Positions 19,531 to 29,566 are shown, numbered from the stretch's first letter. The stretch is 54,430 nt of DNA from an uncultured virus (IMG/VR IMGVR_UViG_3300008117_008405) (IMGVR_UViG_3300008117_008405); one strand, 5' to 3'. Numbers and translations are program-made. The notes: generated by a model from the sequence alone, not told the origin.

Positions 19531-19934
19531 CTGGAGCAAACATGGCTGCTTGGGAAAAAAGAGTTGATACTCGTACAAATGACATGGCCCATGGCATTAC
19601 TTTCCATATGTGGGAAAGGTACATGGAGGACTGTAGAGGAGAAGCAGCATACAATACAAAAAAATTACACCTTGATGGCAAGGTCAGTCTTACTATAGCA
19701 CAGGGCCAACATAAGTATGGAGATGAATTAATTGCTCAAGTTTATGGAGTTGGTGGTGAGTTTAAGCCTAGACGAGCAAGTACACATAATAGAATTCAAG
19801 TTTATCTTGGCAAGATAGATGAAAGCACGGCTACTATGCTTGAAGAAATGGCTCAAACAATTAGAAAAATAATTAGTGAAACTACAAATAGTCAGACTGA
19901 CTTGACCAAGGAAACAAATTCTTCGTGCTTGTAG
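19527..19934 (+). CDS. Hypothetical protein
   Basis: 135-aa ORF; GGAG before the second Met. Confidence 0.6.
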   Translation: MTGANMAAWEKRVDTRTNDMAHGITFHMWERYMEDCRGEAAYNTKKLHLDGKVSLTIAQGQHKYGDELIAQVYGVGGEFKPRRASTHNRIQVYLGKIDESTATMLEEMAQTIRKIISETTNSQTDLTKETNSSCL

Positions 19935-20941
19935 TTTGTAAAATTATCAACATAGGTTATTGCAACTTGAGATTCTGTTTCCAACATGGAGCGGATTTGC
20001 TCCTTGAGCCGTGTTTCATTTTGTTCTGACATTTTTTCACATACGACTTGGAGTTCTAATTGATGCAAAGAGTGCTGTATTAGCTTATATCTTTTTATTC
20101 CGAAATCATCATAGTATGTTCTGCTGCCAAATAATGGCCATTTTTTATCTCCATTAGGATAAACAAACATATTTCTTACTCTGCCGTAAATTTTTGTTAT
20201 TGTTTGCAAAGACCTACCACAACTACAAGTTCCCAATTCTATCAAATCACCGTGCTTATATCTTCTAATGTAAGGATTTGTTAGAGTTGTTATTATTAAT
20301 TCTTTGTTTTCATTAGTTTCAACAATTTGGTTTTCCATGACATGATAATTTTCTTGATTTGTCGGACATTGAATTGCAATTGTGCCACATTCTTCAGATG
20401 AATACATACTGCCACCCAGTTCACCAGTACCTTTTACATCTATTAAGTTGGTGATTTTTTTGAGATCAAGTTGTTTGGCTACAGTAGGATTGCAATGAAG
20501 ATAATGTGGATTTTTCTTTTCAAGCCATTCTTGTATTTCTCTTACTGTGCCTAAATGGGATTTATAAGATTTTCCCTGCTTCGGTGCAATAATTTTTGGA
20601 ATACCCCAAGAATCAAATTCTTTATCTTCTTTTTCTATACTGGGTTTTACCGTTGCTTTAGTCAATCCAAAATTCCAGTTTCTCCATTTCATCTCACGAA
20701 TGTTTGTTGCCATGTACCAGATGTGATCGAGAATAGTTTTTTCAACGGTTACGGGTATGCCAGTTGATCCAGAACTTTTGCAACTGAATACACCTTTTTC
20801 CATTTTGGTTTTTTGCAATTCTTCTCTGCTTATGATTGGTAAATTTTTGACAAAATCGAAATTTGGTTTATAATTGTACTGCATGACATCAAAAGAATCT
20901 AGAAGATGCTTTATGTGTTGATCAATTGAAATTCTTTGCAT
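19892..20941 (-). CDS. Phenylacetate-CoA ligase/CapK-like adenylate-forming enzyme
   Basis: LPII.RE, SSGSTGIP, YSSEECG, RYKHGD, C.CGR, GR. Confidence 0.8.
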   Translation of the reverse strand: MQRISIDQHIKHLLDSFDVMQYNYKPNFDFVKNLPIISREELQKTKMEKGVFSCKSSGSTGIPVTVEKTILDHIWYMATNIREMKWRNWNFGLTKATVKPSIEKEDKEFDSWGIPKIIAPKQGKSYKSHLGTVREIQEWLEKKNPHYLHCNPTVAKQLDLKKITNLIDVKGTGELGGSMYSSEECGTIAIQCPTNQENYHVMENQIVETNENKELIITTLTNPYIRRYKHGDLIELGTCSCGRSLQTITKIYGRVRNMFVYPNGDKKWPLFGSRTYYDDFGIKRYKLIQHSLHQLELQVVCEKMSEQNETRLKEQIRSMLETESQVAITYVDNFTNYKHEEFVSLVKSV

Positions 20942-21389
20942 GGAAGTTCCATATTAAAAAGGAATAAACTGATTGGTCTTCTATTGTATCAGGCTTTATG
21001 TAAAGCTCATGTGGATGTGTAAAATAATTTGCAATTTTCATGTTCGGCAAACGCTCATTAAAATATCTTACAACGAAACGGTTACAATGAGTAGATGCCA
21101 TTTTTAGTACATCATTAGTAAGCTCTTCCGTAAAGTTTAAAACCCCATCACCCATGATGTTATTATAAAATATTTTATTATTTCTCCAATCTCCAACTAT
21201 AACATTTTTAGATAAAAACCACGGATCGATATCCAGTTGATAATCAGTATGTATTAAAAGTTTATGTGTACAGCCAAGAAGCAAGCTGGAGCCTTGAATT
21301 TTATATTTTATGTAAATATTGATATCATCGTCTGATGGGCTATAGGGAGGCTGCAATTGTGTAGCCCAATATGTTTTATCGACAAGCAT
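20922..21389 (-). CDS. Hypothetical protein, possible methyltransferase-like fold
   Basis: LLLGCT, VGDW, GDGVLN. Confidence 0.5.
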   Translation of the reverse strand: MLVDKTYWATQLQPPYSPSDDDINIYIKYKIQGSSLLLGCTHKLLIHTDYQLDIDPWFLSKNVIVGDWRNNKIFYNNIMGDGVLNFTEELTNDVLKMASTHCNRFVVRYFNERLPNMKIANYFTHPHELYIKPDTIEDQSVYSFLIWNFHAKNFN

Positions 21390-21460
21390 AATTTAATGTA
21401 GACACAATTCAAAATTTTTGCGTACAATGTGTCTCAGGTTCGTATACAGGAGGCAATAAT

Positions 21461-21733
21461 ATGGAATATGATTTTAGTTTTTATGGTTTGGCAACTGATA
21501 TCAAACCACCTTTGAAAGTAAGTTGGCAAGAAACCAAAAGAACAGTTGATCTATCTCATAGGTCATATGCTTTTAGTTTTTTTGATAAAGGAGCTAAACA
21601 GAGCAAACATGCTGTATCATCGTGGGGCAGTAAAAAAGTTTTCTTCGGTATAATGCGCTTCCAGAGAAGTGGCTGCTTTTCCAAAAATCCCGTGGTTTCT
21701 GAATCAATTTGTTTTGGAGAATGGAGAATATAA
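21461..21733 (+). CDS. Small Ser/Phe-rich hypothetical protein
   Basis: AGGAGG SD; 90 aa. Confidence 0.6.
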   Translation: MEYDFSFYGLATDIKPPLKVSWQETKRTVDLSHRSYAFSFFDKGAKQSKHAVSSWGSKKVFFGIMRFQRSGCFSKNPVVSESICFGEWRI

Positions 21734-21939
21734 TGACAATTCACAATGCAGCAGTCATCTGCTCTTCCGTGTTTGGCAAAAGAGCTATTTCTGTTAATAA
21801 TGCCAATCAACATAAAAGCAAATGTTTTACACTTTCACATTATGGGCATAATCATCAAGATTATACTTTACATATATTAGGCAGTTCATACGCACCTTAT
21901 GTTTACAGCCGTATTCAGTTCAGGGCTTTTTGGGTTTAA
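21733..21939 (+). CDS. Small hypothetical protein
   Basis: GGAG SD; TAATG stop/start overlap. Confidence 0.5.
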   Translation: MTIHNAAVICSSVFGKRAISVNNANQHKSKCFTLSHYGHNHQDYTLHILGSSYAPYVYSRIQFRAFWV

Positions 21940-21970
21940 TGTCATTTTTTATTAAAAAAACAAATTAAAA

Positions 21971-22007
21971 CACAATACCTACTAGCAAAAGCTGGTAGGT
22001 ATTTGTG
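21971..22007 (+). promoter_or_regulatory. Hairpin covering the SD and GTG start of the downstream nuclease-like gene (or a terminator)
   Basis: AATACCTACTAGC-AAAA-GCTGGTAGGTATT, extendable by CAC/GTG onto the start codon. Confidence 0.6.
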
Positions 22008-22649
22008 GATAAAATAGAAAAACTAAAAGTATTTTGCGAGAAAATCAATCTGAGTCTCGGAGACTTTTTACAGGTTTATGACAATGAATTTTTTCCTGAA
22101 ACAAAAATAGAAAAATACTGCTTATTCAAAAATATTATTGATAGAAATTTGAATCAAGAACAAAAAGATTTTATAGATAGTGTCTGCAACCTTAATAACA
22201 GAGATAGTCGAACACCTACTGAATATGCAAGAGATTTAGTCGTTTCTTGGCTTGTAGAAGATGTAATAAAAAAATACCTTAATTTGAAAAATAATGGAGC
22301 GGATTCACAACGAAATTTTCTAAAAAGCAAACAAATCAAATATGATTCTGATTTTATGTTAAATGATCGATATTTGGAACTTTATGTCAATTTTACTGAT
22401 TATTGGATTAAACAGAAAAAAATTGATTTAAGAATGGATAAACACTCACATTTAGTAAAAAACAAGTCGTTATTACTTGGGATAGCCTTCAATACATATC
22501 AGTTTTTCCTGATTGACTTTGGTTCAGAAGATTTGCCGTTTCATGAAAACTACAATTATTTTTGGAAGAAAAAATGCTACACTTGTGATAAGTATGATAA
22601 ATTCTACGACATTGCAGAATTGAAAAACTATCTTTCTTACTTTGGATAA
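22005..22649 (+). CDS. Putative PD-(D/E)XK restriction endonuclease-like protein
   Basis: WLVED, GAD..R.FL, SDF....YLEL...F..YW....DLR..K acidic motif spacing. Confidence 0.45.
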   Translation: MDKIEKLKVFCEKINLSLGDFLQVYDNEFFPETKIEKYCLFKNIIDRNLNQEQKDFIDSVCNLNNRDSRTPTEYARDLVVSWLVEDVIKKYLNLKNNGADSQRNFLKSKQIKYDSDFMLNDRYLELYVNFTDYWIKQKKIDLRMDKHSHLVKNKSLLLGIAFNTYQFFLIDFGSEDLPFHENYNYFWKKKCYTCDKYDKFYDIAELKNYLSYFG

Positions 22650-22651
22650 AT

Positions 22652-22876
22652 ATGATTCATAAAATATGGTCTTGTTCATCTACGAGTTGCTGGACTGGAT
22701 CGACAGGTTTTCATCATTCGATCAATCACTTCTACAATAAAAGCAAAGGCCGATGCTTTCGCATGAATCACAGCTTTTCAAAGAATTCAATATTTTTGAC
22801 TGAATGCGAGTTCATCAGACGATATTATTTTAGTGGAAACATTCAGGTTTCCCGAAATTGGAACTCAAACTCTTGA
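22652..22876 (+). CDS. Small Ser/Phe/Cys-rich hypothetical protein
   Basis: 74 aa; stop overlaps the next ATG. Confidence 0.45.
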   Translation: MIHKIWSCSSTSCWTGSTGFHHSINHFYNKSKGRCFRMNHSFSKNSIFLTECEFIRRYYFSGNIQVSRNWNSNS

Positions 22877-23607
22877 TGAAACAAATAATAGCTAGAAGTA
22901 GACAGAATCAGTTTGTTTTTTATGAATTTGATTATATTGGCCAGCACATTCTTAGAGATGGAGTTTGGGAACCCCATTTTGACGAGGTAATTAAGCTTAT
23001 AGGCGCTGGCTCATGTTTAGTTGATATCGGGGCCAACTTTGGTTACAACAGCGTTTTAATGGCAAAAAAGACGGGTTTAAATGGCAAGCTATTTGCCTTC
23101 GAACCACAGCGATTACTATTCCAACAATTAAATGCAAATTTAGTGCTGAATGATATCCAAAATGCTTACACTTACAATTTGGCTTTAGGAAATGAATCTG
23201 GCCAAGTTCTCACAATGGAGCCAATTGATTATCAGCAAGCATGCGTAAATTTGGGCGCTTTGAGCATTGGTTCTGGTGGAGAAACTATTAAGACTACGAA
23301 GTTAGATGATTTAGAAATTGGCAGAATAGATTTCATAAAATTAGATGCTCAGGGTTATGAAAAGTTTATTATGCAAGGCGCAGAAAACACTATTAAGAAA
23401 TACATGCCAACCATTTTCATAGAAATCGAAGAGCATCATCTGCAAAAGTTTGGTGTTACAACAGACGAAATATACGAGTTGATTTCAAGTTTTGGCTACC
23501 AAATTTACAAAATCCAAAATGATTGGCCATATGATCATATTTGTAGTGTTGACCCAAGAGTTGAACATTTAAATTTGCCAATATTTAAAATGATCAAAAA
23601 TAACTAA
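22876..23607 (+). CDS. FkbM-family methyltransferase
   Basis: DIGANFG, AFEPQ, KLDAQGYE, P.IFIE. Confidence 0.92.
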   Translation: MKQIIARSRQNQFVFYEFDYIGQHILRDGVWEPHFDEVIKLIGAGSCLVDIGANFGYNSVLMAKKTGLNGKLFAFEPQRLLFQQLNANLVLNDIQNAYTYNLALGNESGQVLTMEPIDYQQACVNLGALSIGSGGETIKTTKLDDLEIGRIDFIKLDAQGYEKFIMQGAENTIKKYMPTIFIEIEEHHLQKFGVTTDEIYELISSFGYQIYKIQNDWPYDHICSVDPRVEHLNLPIFKMIKNN

Positions 23608-23637
23608 ATTGTTTGTCTTGTTAATAAATATATTACT

Positions 23638-24087
23638 ATGATAACACTACAAGAATGGCTGCTATTGGATGAAAGTAAAAAAGATGCTTGCTATCACAAG
23701 GTAAAAGCAAGGTATCGTGTTTGGCCTAGTGCCTACGCCAGCGGGGCGTTAGTAAAATGCCGTAAAGTTGGAGCCAAGAATTGGGGAAATAAAAAGAAGA
23801 AAAAACTAAAAGAGAATAAATTTCCAACACTTGAGCAATATTTGAATGAAACAAAATTCGGTCTTGAGAAGGAACGAGGTCTCAAGGGATGGTTTGATAG
23901 AAACCAAGGTAAAGGTTGGATTGACTGCAAAGCAAGCAAAAAAGGAAAACTAGTTCCCTGTGGTAGACAAAAGACTGGTCCCGGTACAGAGAGAAAATAT
24001 CCTGCTTGCAGACCAACACTAAGCATGTGTAACACGGCTAAGAAAAAGAAAAAAAGCAGCAAGCCAATCAGCTGGGAGAAGAAATGA
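23638..24087 (+). CDS. Basic Cys-containing phage protein with capsid-targeting-like N-terminus
   Basis: MITLQEWLLLDE; KKDACYHKVK...WPSAYASGALVKCR; PCGR...KYPACRP; AATAAATA at 23623-23630. Confidence 0.75.
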   Translation: MITLQEWLLLDESKKDACYHKVKARYRVWPSAYASGALVKCRKVGAKNWGNKKKKKLKENKFPTLEQYLNETKFGLEKERGLKGWFDRNQGKGWIDCKASKKGKLVPCGRQKTGPGTERKYPACRPTLSMCNTAKKKKKSSKPISWEKK

Positions 24088-24347
24088 AATTTAAGGAATG
24101 GCTGCTGAATGAGGCAAAAGCATTTTCAACATCAGAAATAAAAGATTTAGCGGATAAAATCAAAGTGGATATAAGCAAATTTGATATCCAAGCAATCAAA
24201 GATGGTATGTCTGTAGAACAAGAGCATATGCAATCAAAAAAATTGGATGTAATTCAGGGTGATGAATCCAAGATTTTGAAAATTGCGTTAGCGCATCTGG
24301 AAGAAGATAAAAACTATTACAAAAAGTTGAAAAAAATTGAGCTTTAA
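24084..24347 (+). CDS. DUF5661-like protein with capsid-targeting-like N-terminus
   Basis: MKFKEWLLNE; GMSVEQEH...KIALAHLEED..YYKKL. Confidence 0.7.
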   Translation: MKFKEWLLNEAKAFSTSEIKDLADKIKVDISKFDIQAIKDGMSVEQEHMQSKKLDVIQGDESKILKIALAHLEEDKNYYKKLKKIEL

Positions 24348-25006
24348 TGTTAACAAAAATATTAATCACAAGCCATGTTGATTACTTTGATATTTCGTGT
24401 AAGTTTTTATTGAATTCGATTTATCAAAATTGCCCGTTAATAAAACCACAAGACATTCTCATAGTAAAAGCTGGCGGTTATGATGACTACAAAATAGACA
24501 AAACCTGTCCAGAAGAAATAATTACTGCTCCACACAATGAATTCGATTTTACTGCCTTGATTGCCATGGTCGAGTTGGACTACCAAGCAGATTACTTTTT
24601 CTTGATGCACGATACTTGTTATGTAGGGGGGCACTTCTTTCCAAACTATTTGAAATTTGAACACGGAACTAAAACCAAGCCTGTTACAAGTTGTCAACGA
24701 AGTATGTCTATGGGTCTTTATAGTAAAGAATTTATTGTGGAGTCGAAACAGGAATTAATTGACCTTAAGAATACGGACTACACAGTACAAGGTTTGCAGA
24801 GATCAAAAAGCCTAGCTGTTGAAAAAGAAGATTTTTTATTTCAAAGATACCCAATGTCTGGCTATTGCCAACCGCCGAAAGATTGCGGTGAAAAAGATTT
24901 TTACAACACCGGAATTAATAGAAAAACAGAATACTACAGAGAGCTTGATTTATATAAAATAAAGTCAAATTGGTTCAGCAAAAATGAGTGGACTATAAAA
25001 ATTTGA
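24347..25006 (+). CDS. Hypothetical protein, glycosyltransferase-like
   Basis: N.FDFTAL, FLMHDTC. Confidence 0.5.
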   Translation: MLTKILITSHVDYFDISCKFLLNSIYQNCPLIKPQDILIVKAGGYDDYKIDKTCPEEIITAPHNEFDFTALIAMVELDYQADYFFLMHDTCYVGGHFFPNYLKFEHGTKTKPVTSCQRSMSMGLYSKEFIVESKQELIDLKNTDYTVQGLQRSKSLAVEKEDFLFQRYPMSGYCQPPKDCGEKDFYNTGINRKTEYYRELDLYKIKSNWFSKNEWTIKI

Positions 25007-25010
25007 ACAA

Positions 25011-26027
25011 TTATGGTTTGCTTATTTTTTTTATGTATTGAATATTATCTTGCACAGTAAGAACTGTACTTGATTCTGCATGTATCAATAAATTGTTCTT
25101 TATCAGAACCACCGAGCCATATTGCTCCATATTTCTTTGCAAAATCCAATCATCTCCATTCATAATTTCACCTGTAAATGAAATTTCGATTGGAACCCAG
25201 CTAGCGGTTCTGCCGAACAAAAACCATCCTTGTTTGATGTTTGTTGGATATTGTCTGATTTCATGAGTTAAATTAGCGTTAAATTTCGTCATGTGTTCGA
25301 GTCTGTGAAAAGCCTTTTCTCTATGGCTAAAAACATGAGTTGAAACCGTAGTAACATTCAAATGTGGGCTATAAGTCAAAAACTTCACTAAACTATCAAG
25401 TAGCTCTGGAAAGAAAACAACATCATCGTTCAGCAAACAATAATACTCTGTATTACATCTGGATAATCCATAGTTCCATGCGGAGTTGACATATAAATTT
25501 GGCAAATCATTCACAACGCTGACCATGGGATAATTTTTGAAACTTTCAGTCATCATGTCTGAGTTTGCATTGTTAATTATTATCACCTCATGAACAAATT
25601 TTGTTTTAAGGCAAATTTGCTCGACCATTTTTAAAGTTATTTCGTTAAAAACTACTTGTAGAGTTGGAATTACGATGGTCACTTTATTTTTAATTGTATT
25701 TTTTGAAGCGTATGGCCTGTCATGCAGTTTTATATTCGTTATTTTTGTTTCTACTTGAAATGGCACACTAAGATTTTCTGTTTTTGATAAATTTTGCAAC
25801 GGTATTGCAGACCTAGATTGTTGTTTAATAAATGAATTGTAATCAGATGGCACAGTAGGCCTGATTTTATTTTTTTGCTTTTTAATTAGGTTGTCACGAC
25901 TTTTTTGACTGCTCGAATTTTTTGTATTTGTATTTATTGGTATCAGCGATTTGAAATTTGGATATGCTTTTTCATTGGTCATATTCACATTTTTATATTT
26001 GGGTAAATTATTTTTTTTATTATTCAT
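25011..26027 (-). CDS. Glycosyltransferase family 2 with low-complexity N-terminus
   Basis: IVIPT, IINN, YVNSAWNYG, LLNDD, GDDW. Confidence 0.8.
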   Translation of the reverse strand: MNNKKNNLPKYKNVNMTNEKAYPNFKSLIPINTNTKNSSSQKSRDNLIKKQKNKIRPTVPSDYNSFIKQQSRSAIPLQNLSKTENLSVPFQVETKITNIKLHDRPYASKNTIKNKVTIVIPTLQVVFNEITLKMVEQICLKTKFVHEVIIINNANSDMMTESFKNYPMVSVVNDLPNLYVNSAWNYGLSRCNTEYYCLLNDDVVFFPELLDSLVKFLTYSPHLNVTTVSTHVFSHREKAFHRLEHMTKFNANLTHEIRQYPTNIKQGWFLFGRTASWVPIEISFTGEIMNGDDWILQRNMEQYGSVVLIKNNLLIHAESSTVLTVQDNIQYIKKISKP

Positions 26028-26069
26028 TGAATTCTTCTCTTATTTGTTTTTCCCCGGCTTCAAAAATAT

Positions 26070-26726
26070 TTATTGTTTTACCTTTGGCAGTCCAACCATA
26101 ATTTTTGCATGTAGCTGTCCATCACCCAAAACTCGGCCATACCACCCTTTGTATTTGTCAAATACTTCTGCCACTTTTGGTGGCAATTTGCTCAAATCTG
26201 GATGATTGCCATACCATTTAACTTCTTTGTTTATTATGCTGTTTACTACATCAGGATTCTCTACTACGGGAACTCCCATGCTTAAAAGTATCTTGGCAAG
26301 TTTGTCCGATACTTCGGCATAGTGTCCGGGTTGTTTCAATTCATAAGCTTTATGGGCAATTAAATTATTTTTTGCAATATCGCTTGATGATTTTGCAGCA
26401 GATGCAACAGATTTGCTTCCACCAGAACGCTGCTTGTAAATAGTCACGGCATCCATGTCTGGAACGGCATCAACATCTATGGCTTTTGCGACTGACACTT
26501 CACCGTTTTTAAAGGCATTGATTACATCCTTAGCTGATTTAAAATCAGCATGGCCACCTATGCTTTTATAGGCAGAATTTATGAGATCAAATATTTCATA
26601 AGCCAAATCAGGGTCTTTTTCTATGTTAGTAGAATCTATGGTCACCCATTTGTTTTTTACACCAAAACTTTTTTCAAAATCCTCTGTGATTCTTTTATTG
26701 AACCAATTTGAAAATGAGTAATTCAT
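26070..26726 (-). CDS. Hypothetical phage protein with capsid-targeting-like N-terminus
   Basis: MNYSFSNWFNKRITE; AYKSIGGH; TATAAATA at 26740-26747 (- strand) and GAGGA SD. Confidence 0.7.
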   Translation of the reverse strand: MNYSFSNWFNKRITEDFEKSFGVKNKWVTIDSTNIEKDPDLAYEIFDLINSAYKSIGGHADFKSAKDVINAFKNGEVSVAKAIDVDAVPDMDAVTIYKQRSGGSKSVASAAKSSSDIAKNNLIAHKAYELKQPGHYAEVSDKLAKILLSMGVPVVENPDVVNSIINKEVKWYGNHPDLSKLPPKVAEVFDKYKGWYGRVLGDGQLHAKIMVGLPKVKQ

Positions 26727-26755
26727 ATAGTCCTCTTTTTATTTATATATATAAA

Positions 26756-27382
26756 TCATCCCGAATGAATAAAAAACAGGGTACACATCATGAGTCTGTT
26801 TGACCTGTAGTAGTACTCACCTTTAATCGGCTTCCATTTATCTTTTTCCCAAACCAAGTTGTACAAATTTTTGTAGACCAAGTCATAGTACACCTTTTGG
26901 CAAAAGAGTTTCTCCGCAACAGCGTTTGCAGCTATGAATGTCCCCGGTGCTGCATAATTCATGGTAGTTGCCAAGTCTGAAATGAAATCTCGATTATCGA
27001 TACTGTAAATGGTATCAAAATAGATTATGGCTGGGTTGAATTCTTCGGCCATTTCATACTTTACAACATTCTTCCAATCACCATGATAAAAGTTCGCATC
27101 TGGATGAACCTTTCTATTTTCCAGAATATAGTCTAAATTATTGTCAATTCCGTGGAATTGATTCTTTTTTGTGATCAGACCAGCAGAAAGAATCTGACTG
27201 ATTTCTGACCCAAACCCTACACAATCTCCATCAGGCTGGAGATTACATAAGGTCCAGTATTGCTTGTCTTCAGGAATTGTTTGACAACCTGTAGACGCAC
27301 GGTAAAGATCAATCATGATTTTCCGTGCATCATGTTTTCTTTTGCTCTTGTGATAATCAGGTTGTTTTGTCTTTTTTGCCAC
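26756..27382 (-). CDS. Hypothetical protein, possible SAM-dependent methyltransferase-like fold
   Basis: AAGGAGG SD then GTG 27382, overlapping the helicase 3' end; FHGIDNN, YHGDW, IYFDT. Confidence 0.5.
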   Translation of the reverse strand: MAKKTKQPDYHKSKRKHDARKIMIDLYRASTGCQTIPEDKQYWTLCNLQPDGDCVGFGSEISQILSAGLITKKNQFHGIDNNLDYILENRKVHPDANFYHGDWKNVVKYEMAEEFNPAIIYFDTIYSIDNRDFISDLATTMNYAAPGTFIAANAVAEKLFCQKVYYDLVYKNLYNLVWEKDKWKPIKGEYYYRSNRLMMCTLFFIHSG

Positions 27383-29462
27383 GACTTTTCCTCCTTGTCT
27401 TGGGATTCTGAACAACATTTCTCATAATCGGATCAATAATTTTCCGATCAGTCGGAATTTTTCCATGCTTTTTAGCAGCAGCGTTTAGTCCATCAACAAT
27501 AATTCGTAGTTCAGCATTCGTTGGAATTCTTTCATGCATGTCTAGGAATATGTTGACATACAGTTTGACCCAATCTACAAATTTGTCTTTGCTGAACCTA
27601 TCGTGCTGTTGCTTGAAAAATCGACCCATACGCTGCATCAATTTAGTACTAGCTGTACCCTCAAAGAAACTTCTACCAGCAATATTCTTTTTGAATATTG
27701 TTTCAAAGCCCATCTTGCGAATCCAGCTGCTGGCGTATCCATCGATTTCTGCACGAATCTTCTTGCTTTTTGTGTCACAACGCCTTGCAACATCAATATA
27801 CAATGCAGCAACAAGCTCGTCCCTTGGTACTGGAACAATCATATGCTTCTCGTACTTCTTAACGATAGCCTCAATCTCTTCTTTTACTTCATCAGCGTCC
27901 TTGATGTCGTTTGAGGCAAGCATAGTCACAAGTTGATAGACTTCGGTTTTGATCTGATGATATTTTTCTGTCTCAAAAACATCTTGAAGATCAACGGTTT
28001 TTTCACGATCACCGTGATCATCATCATCATCATCATCCTTATCAGTCGCTTCTAATGGTGGTTTAATGACTGGTAGTTTAATTGGGTAGAATAAATCATC
28101 GTAGATAGACATAGCCAGAATTGCATTAAAATAATCTGTGAATTTATTTTGCAATTCATCACCGTCACTCTCCCAGTCATTAAAGTGCTCAATATAGCAA
28201 GTCATAACAATATTGTGCTTGGATTTGTAACGACGAGTTGCTCTACCTAGTTTTTGAATAGGTTGCAGAACATTTCTATCCAAAACTAAATTATGCACCC
28301 GTGAGCAAGCAGGCCAATCAGTTCCCTCCCGGCCAATCATGCATGTAACAACACAATCGAAGTCCTTATTTTCAGATAGCAACCTTTGTTTGTCTGTATC
28401 CTGATTATAAATCAAATCAAGAACCCGGTTGCTTCCATATATTGCTTTCATTTTACGAACAAGCTTTTTCACCCAAACTGATTTATCAATATATTTGAAC
28501 ATACCAGTATTGTCCGATGGGACAATAATAATATGCTTTTGTGACTTTTCTTTTTTGATTGACTTTTCAAGAATGCCTAGCAAATCATCAGAATCTGAAA
28601 AGGCGGAAAAATTCATGCTCAATCGGTCAATTCCCGTACTTTTCCAAAATGTCATCCAATCAACTTTGTATTTCTTAAATCGGCCTATATCAAGATTGTT
28701 TAGAATGCTGGCACGGTCCCCACGGAACATAGTGGCGGTAGTGCAATGAAGATGGCCTTTACGAGCAATAAAATCACGAATAACACGACCCAGCTGGTTG
28801 CAACCATCATCATCCAGCCCATCAAGTCGCAGGTGATGTACCTCATCAATTCTAATAGCTGTAGTTTGAGAAACATAATCTTTTTCACTACTAGTTAGAT
28901 TTTTCCATACAGCTACTAGAGTTGGATAGCAACAGACGGCAAGCCCATGATCAAGAACCTTCAGTTGCTTGATGCGGTCGGAAAATTTAGTTGATGGAGT
29001 TTTTGCCAAAAGAAAGGCACGAATGTTGGCTTCAGACTTCTTATTGACTAGTTCACAATAATTTTCAGTAATCTGCCACTCATAAGCAGACCCATTGATA
29101 TCTATTCTACTAAACTGCTTGATACCTTCTGAATCAATATACTCCATGGAAAAATTGTTGCCAATATTGCGCTGCGGTGCAATGAACAGCTGTTTGCGCT
29201 TGAAGCTATTGGTGACCAGATCAATTCCGGCCAGAGTGTTTTGAACAATCGTCTTACCGCTGCCGGTAGGAGCAACATAAATTGTAAGGGGATGTCCCTT
29301 GAGTTTTGCTACACCGTCTTTTTGATAGCCACGACCATTTGCTCCAGCAACTTTGACAGCACTCAGATTATCACGATAGGTAAATTCCCGCTTCGAGGGA
29401 CGAATGCCAGAATGTGTAAATCCCTTGGGAATAACACCACGCACTACTTGCTTCATGCTCAT
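27357..29462 (-). CDS. Superfamily 2 (DExH) helicase
   Basis: APTGSGKT, DEVHH, TAT..RGD, EGTDWP, QKLGRATR; AGGAGG SD. Confidence 0.88.
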   Translation of the reverse strand: MSMKQVVRGVIPKGFTHSGIRPSKREFTYRDNLSAVKVAGANGRGYQKDGVAKLKGHPLTIYVAPTGSGKTIVQNTLAGIDLVTNSFKRKQLFIAPQRNIGNNFSMEYIDSEGIKQFSRIDINGSAYEWQITENYCELVNKKSEANIRAFLLAKTPSTKFSDRIKQLKVLDHGLAVCCYPTLVAVWKNLTSSEKDYVSQTTAIRIDEVHHLRLDGLDDDGCNQLGRVIRDFIARKGHLHCTTATMFRGDRASILNNLDIGRFKKYKVDWMTFWKSTGIDRLSMNFSAFSDSDDLLGILEKSIKKEKSQKHIIIVPSDNTGMFKYIDKSVWVKKLVRKMKAIYGSNRVLDLIYNQDTDKQRLLSENKDFDCVVTCMIGREGTDWPACSRVHNLVLDRNVLQPIQKLGRATRRYKSKHNIVMTCYIEHFNDWESDGDELQNKFTDYFNAILAMSIYDDLFYPIKLPVIKPPLEATDKDDDDDDDHGDREKTVDLQDVFETEKYHQIKTEVYQLVTMLASNDIKDADEVKEEIEAIVKKYEKHMIVPVPRDELVAALYIDVARRCDTKSKKIRAEIDGYASSWIRKMGFETIFKKNIAGRSFFEGTASTKLMQRMGRFFKQQHDRFSKDKFVDWVKLYVNIFLDMHERIPTNAELRIIVDGLNAAAKKHGKIPTDRKIIDPIMRNVVQNPKTRRKSRGKKDKTT

Positions 29463-29500
29463 TAAAAAACCTCCTGTATGAAGTATTAAACAAGGTACTT

Positions 29501-29527
29501 TAATGTGATCACGAAATTAGTTTCGCC
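29501..29527 (-). promoter_or_regulatory. GGCGAAACT-N15-TTA motif upstream of the helicase
   Basis: GGCGAAACT at 29527-29519, containing the CGAAA-CTAA-TTTCG palindrome. Confidence 0.65.
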
Positions 29528-29566
29528 AGTTGTTCTACCAATTTAATTTTTGAGTGTGTACTAGAA

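Noticed and set aside
28015..28045. (TCA)n microsatellite in the helicase gene
   Set aside because: Encodes an in-frame poly-Asp linker; no sign of phase variation
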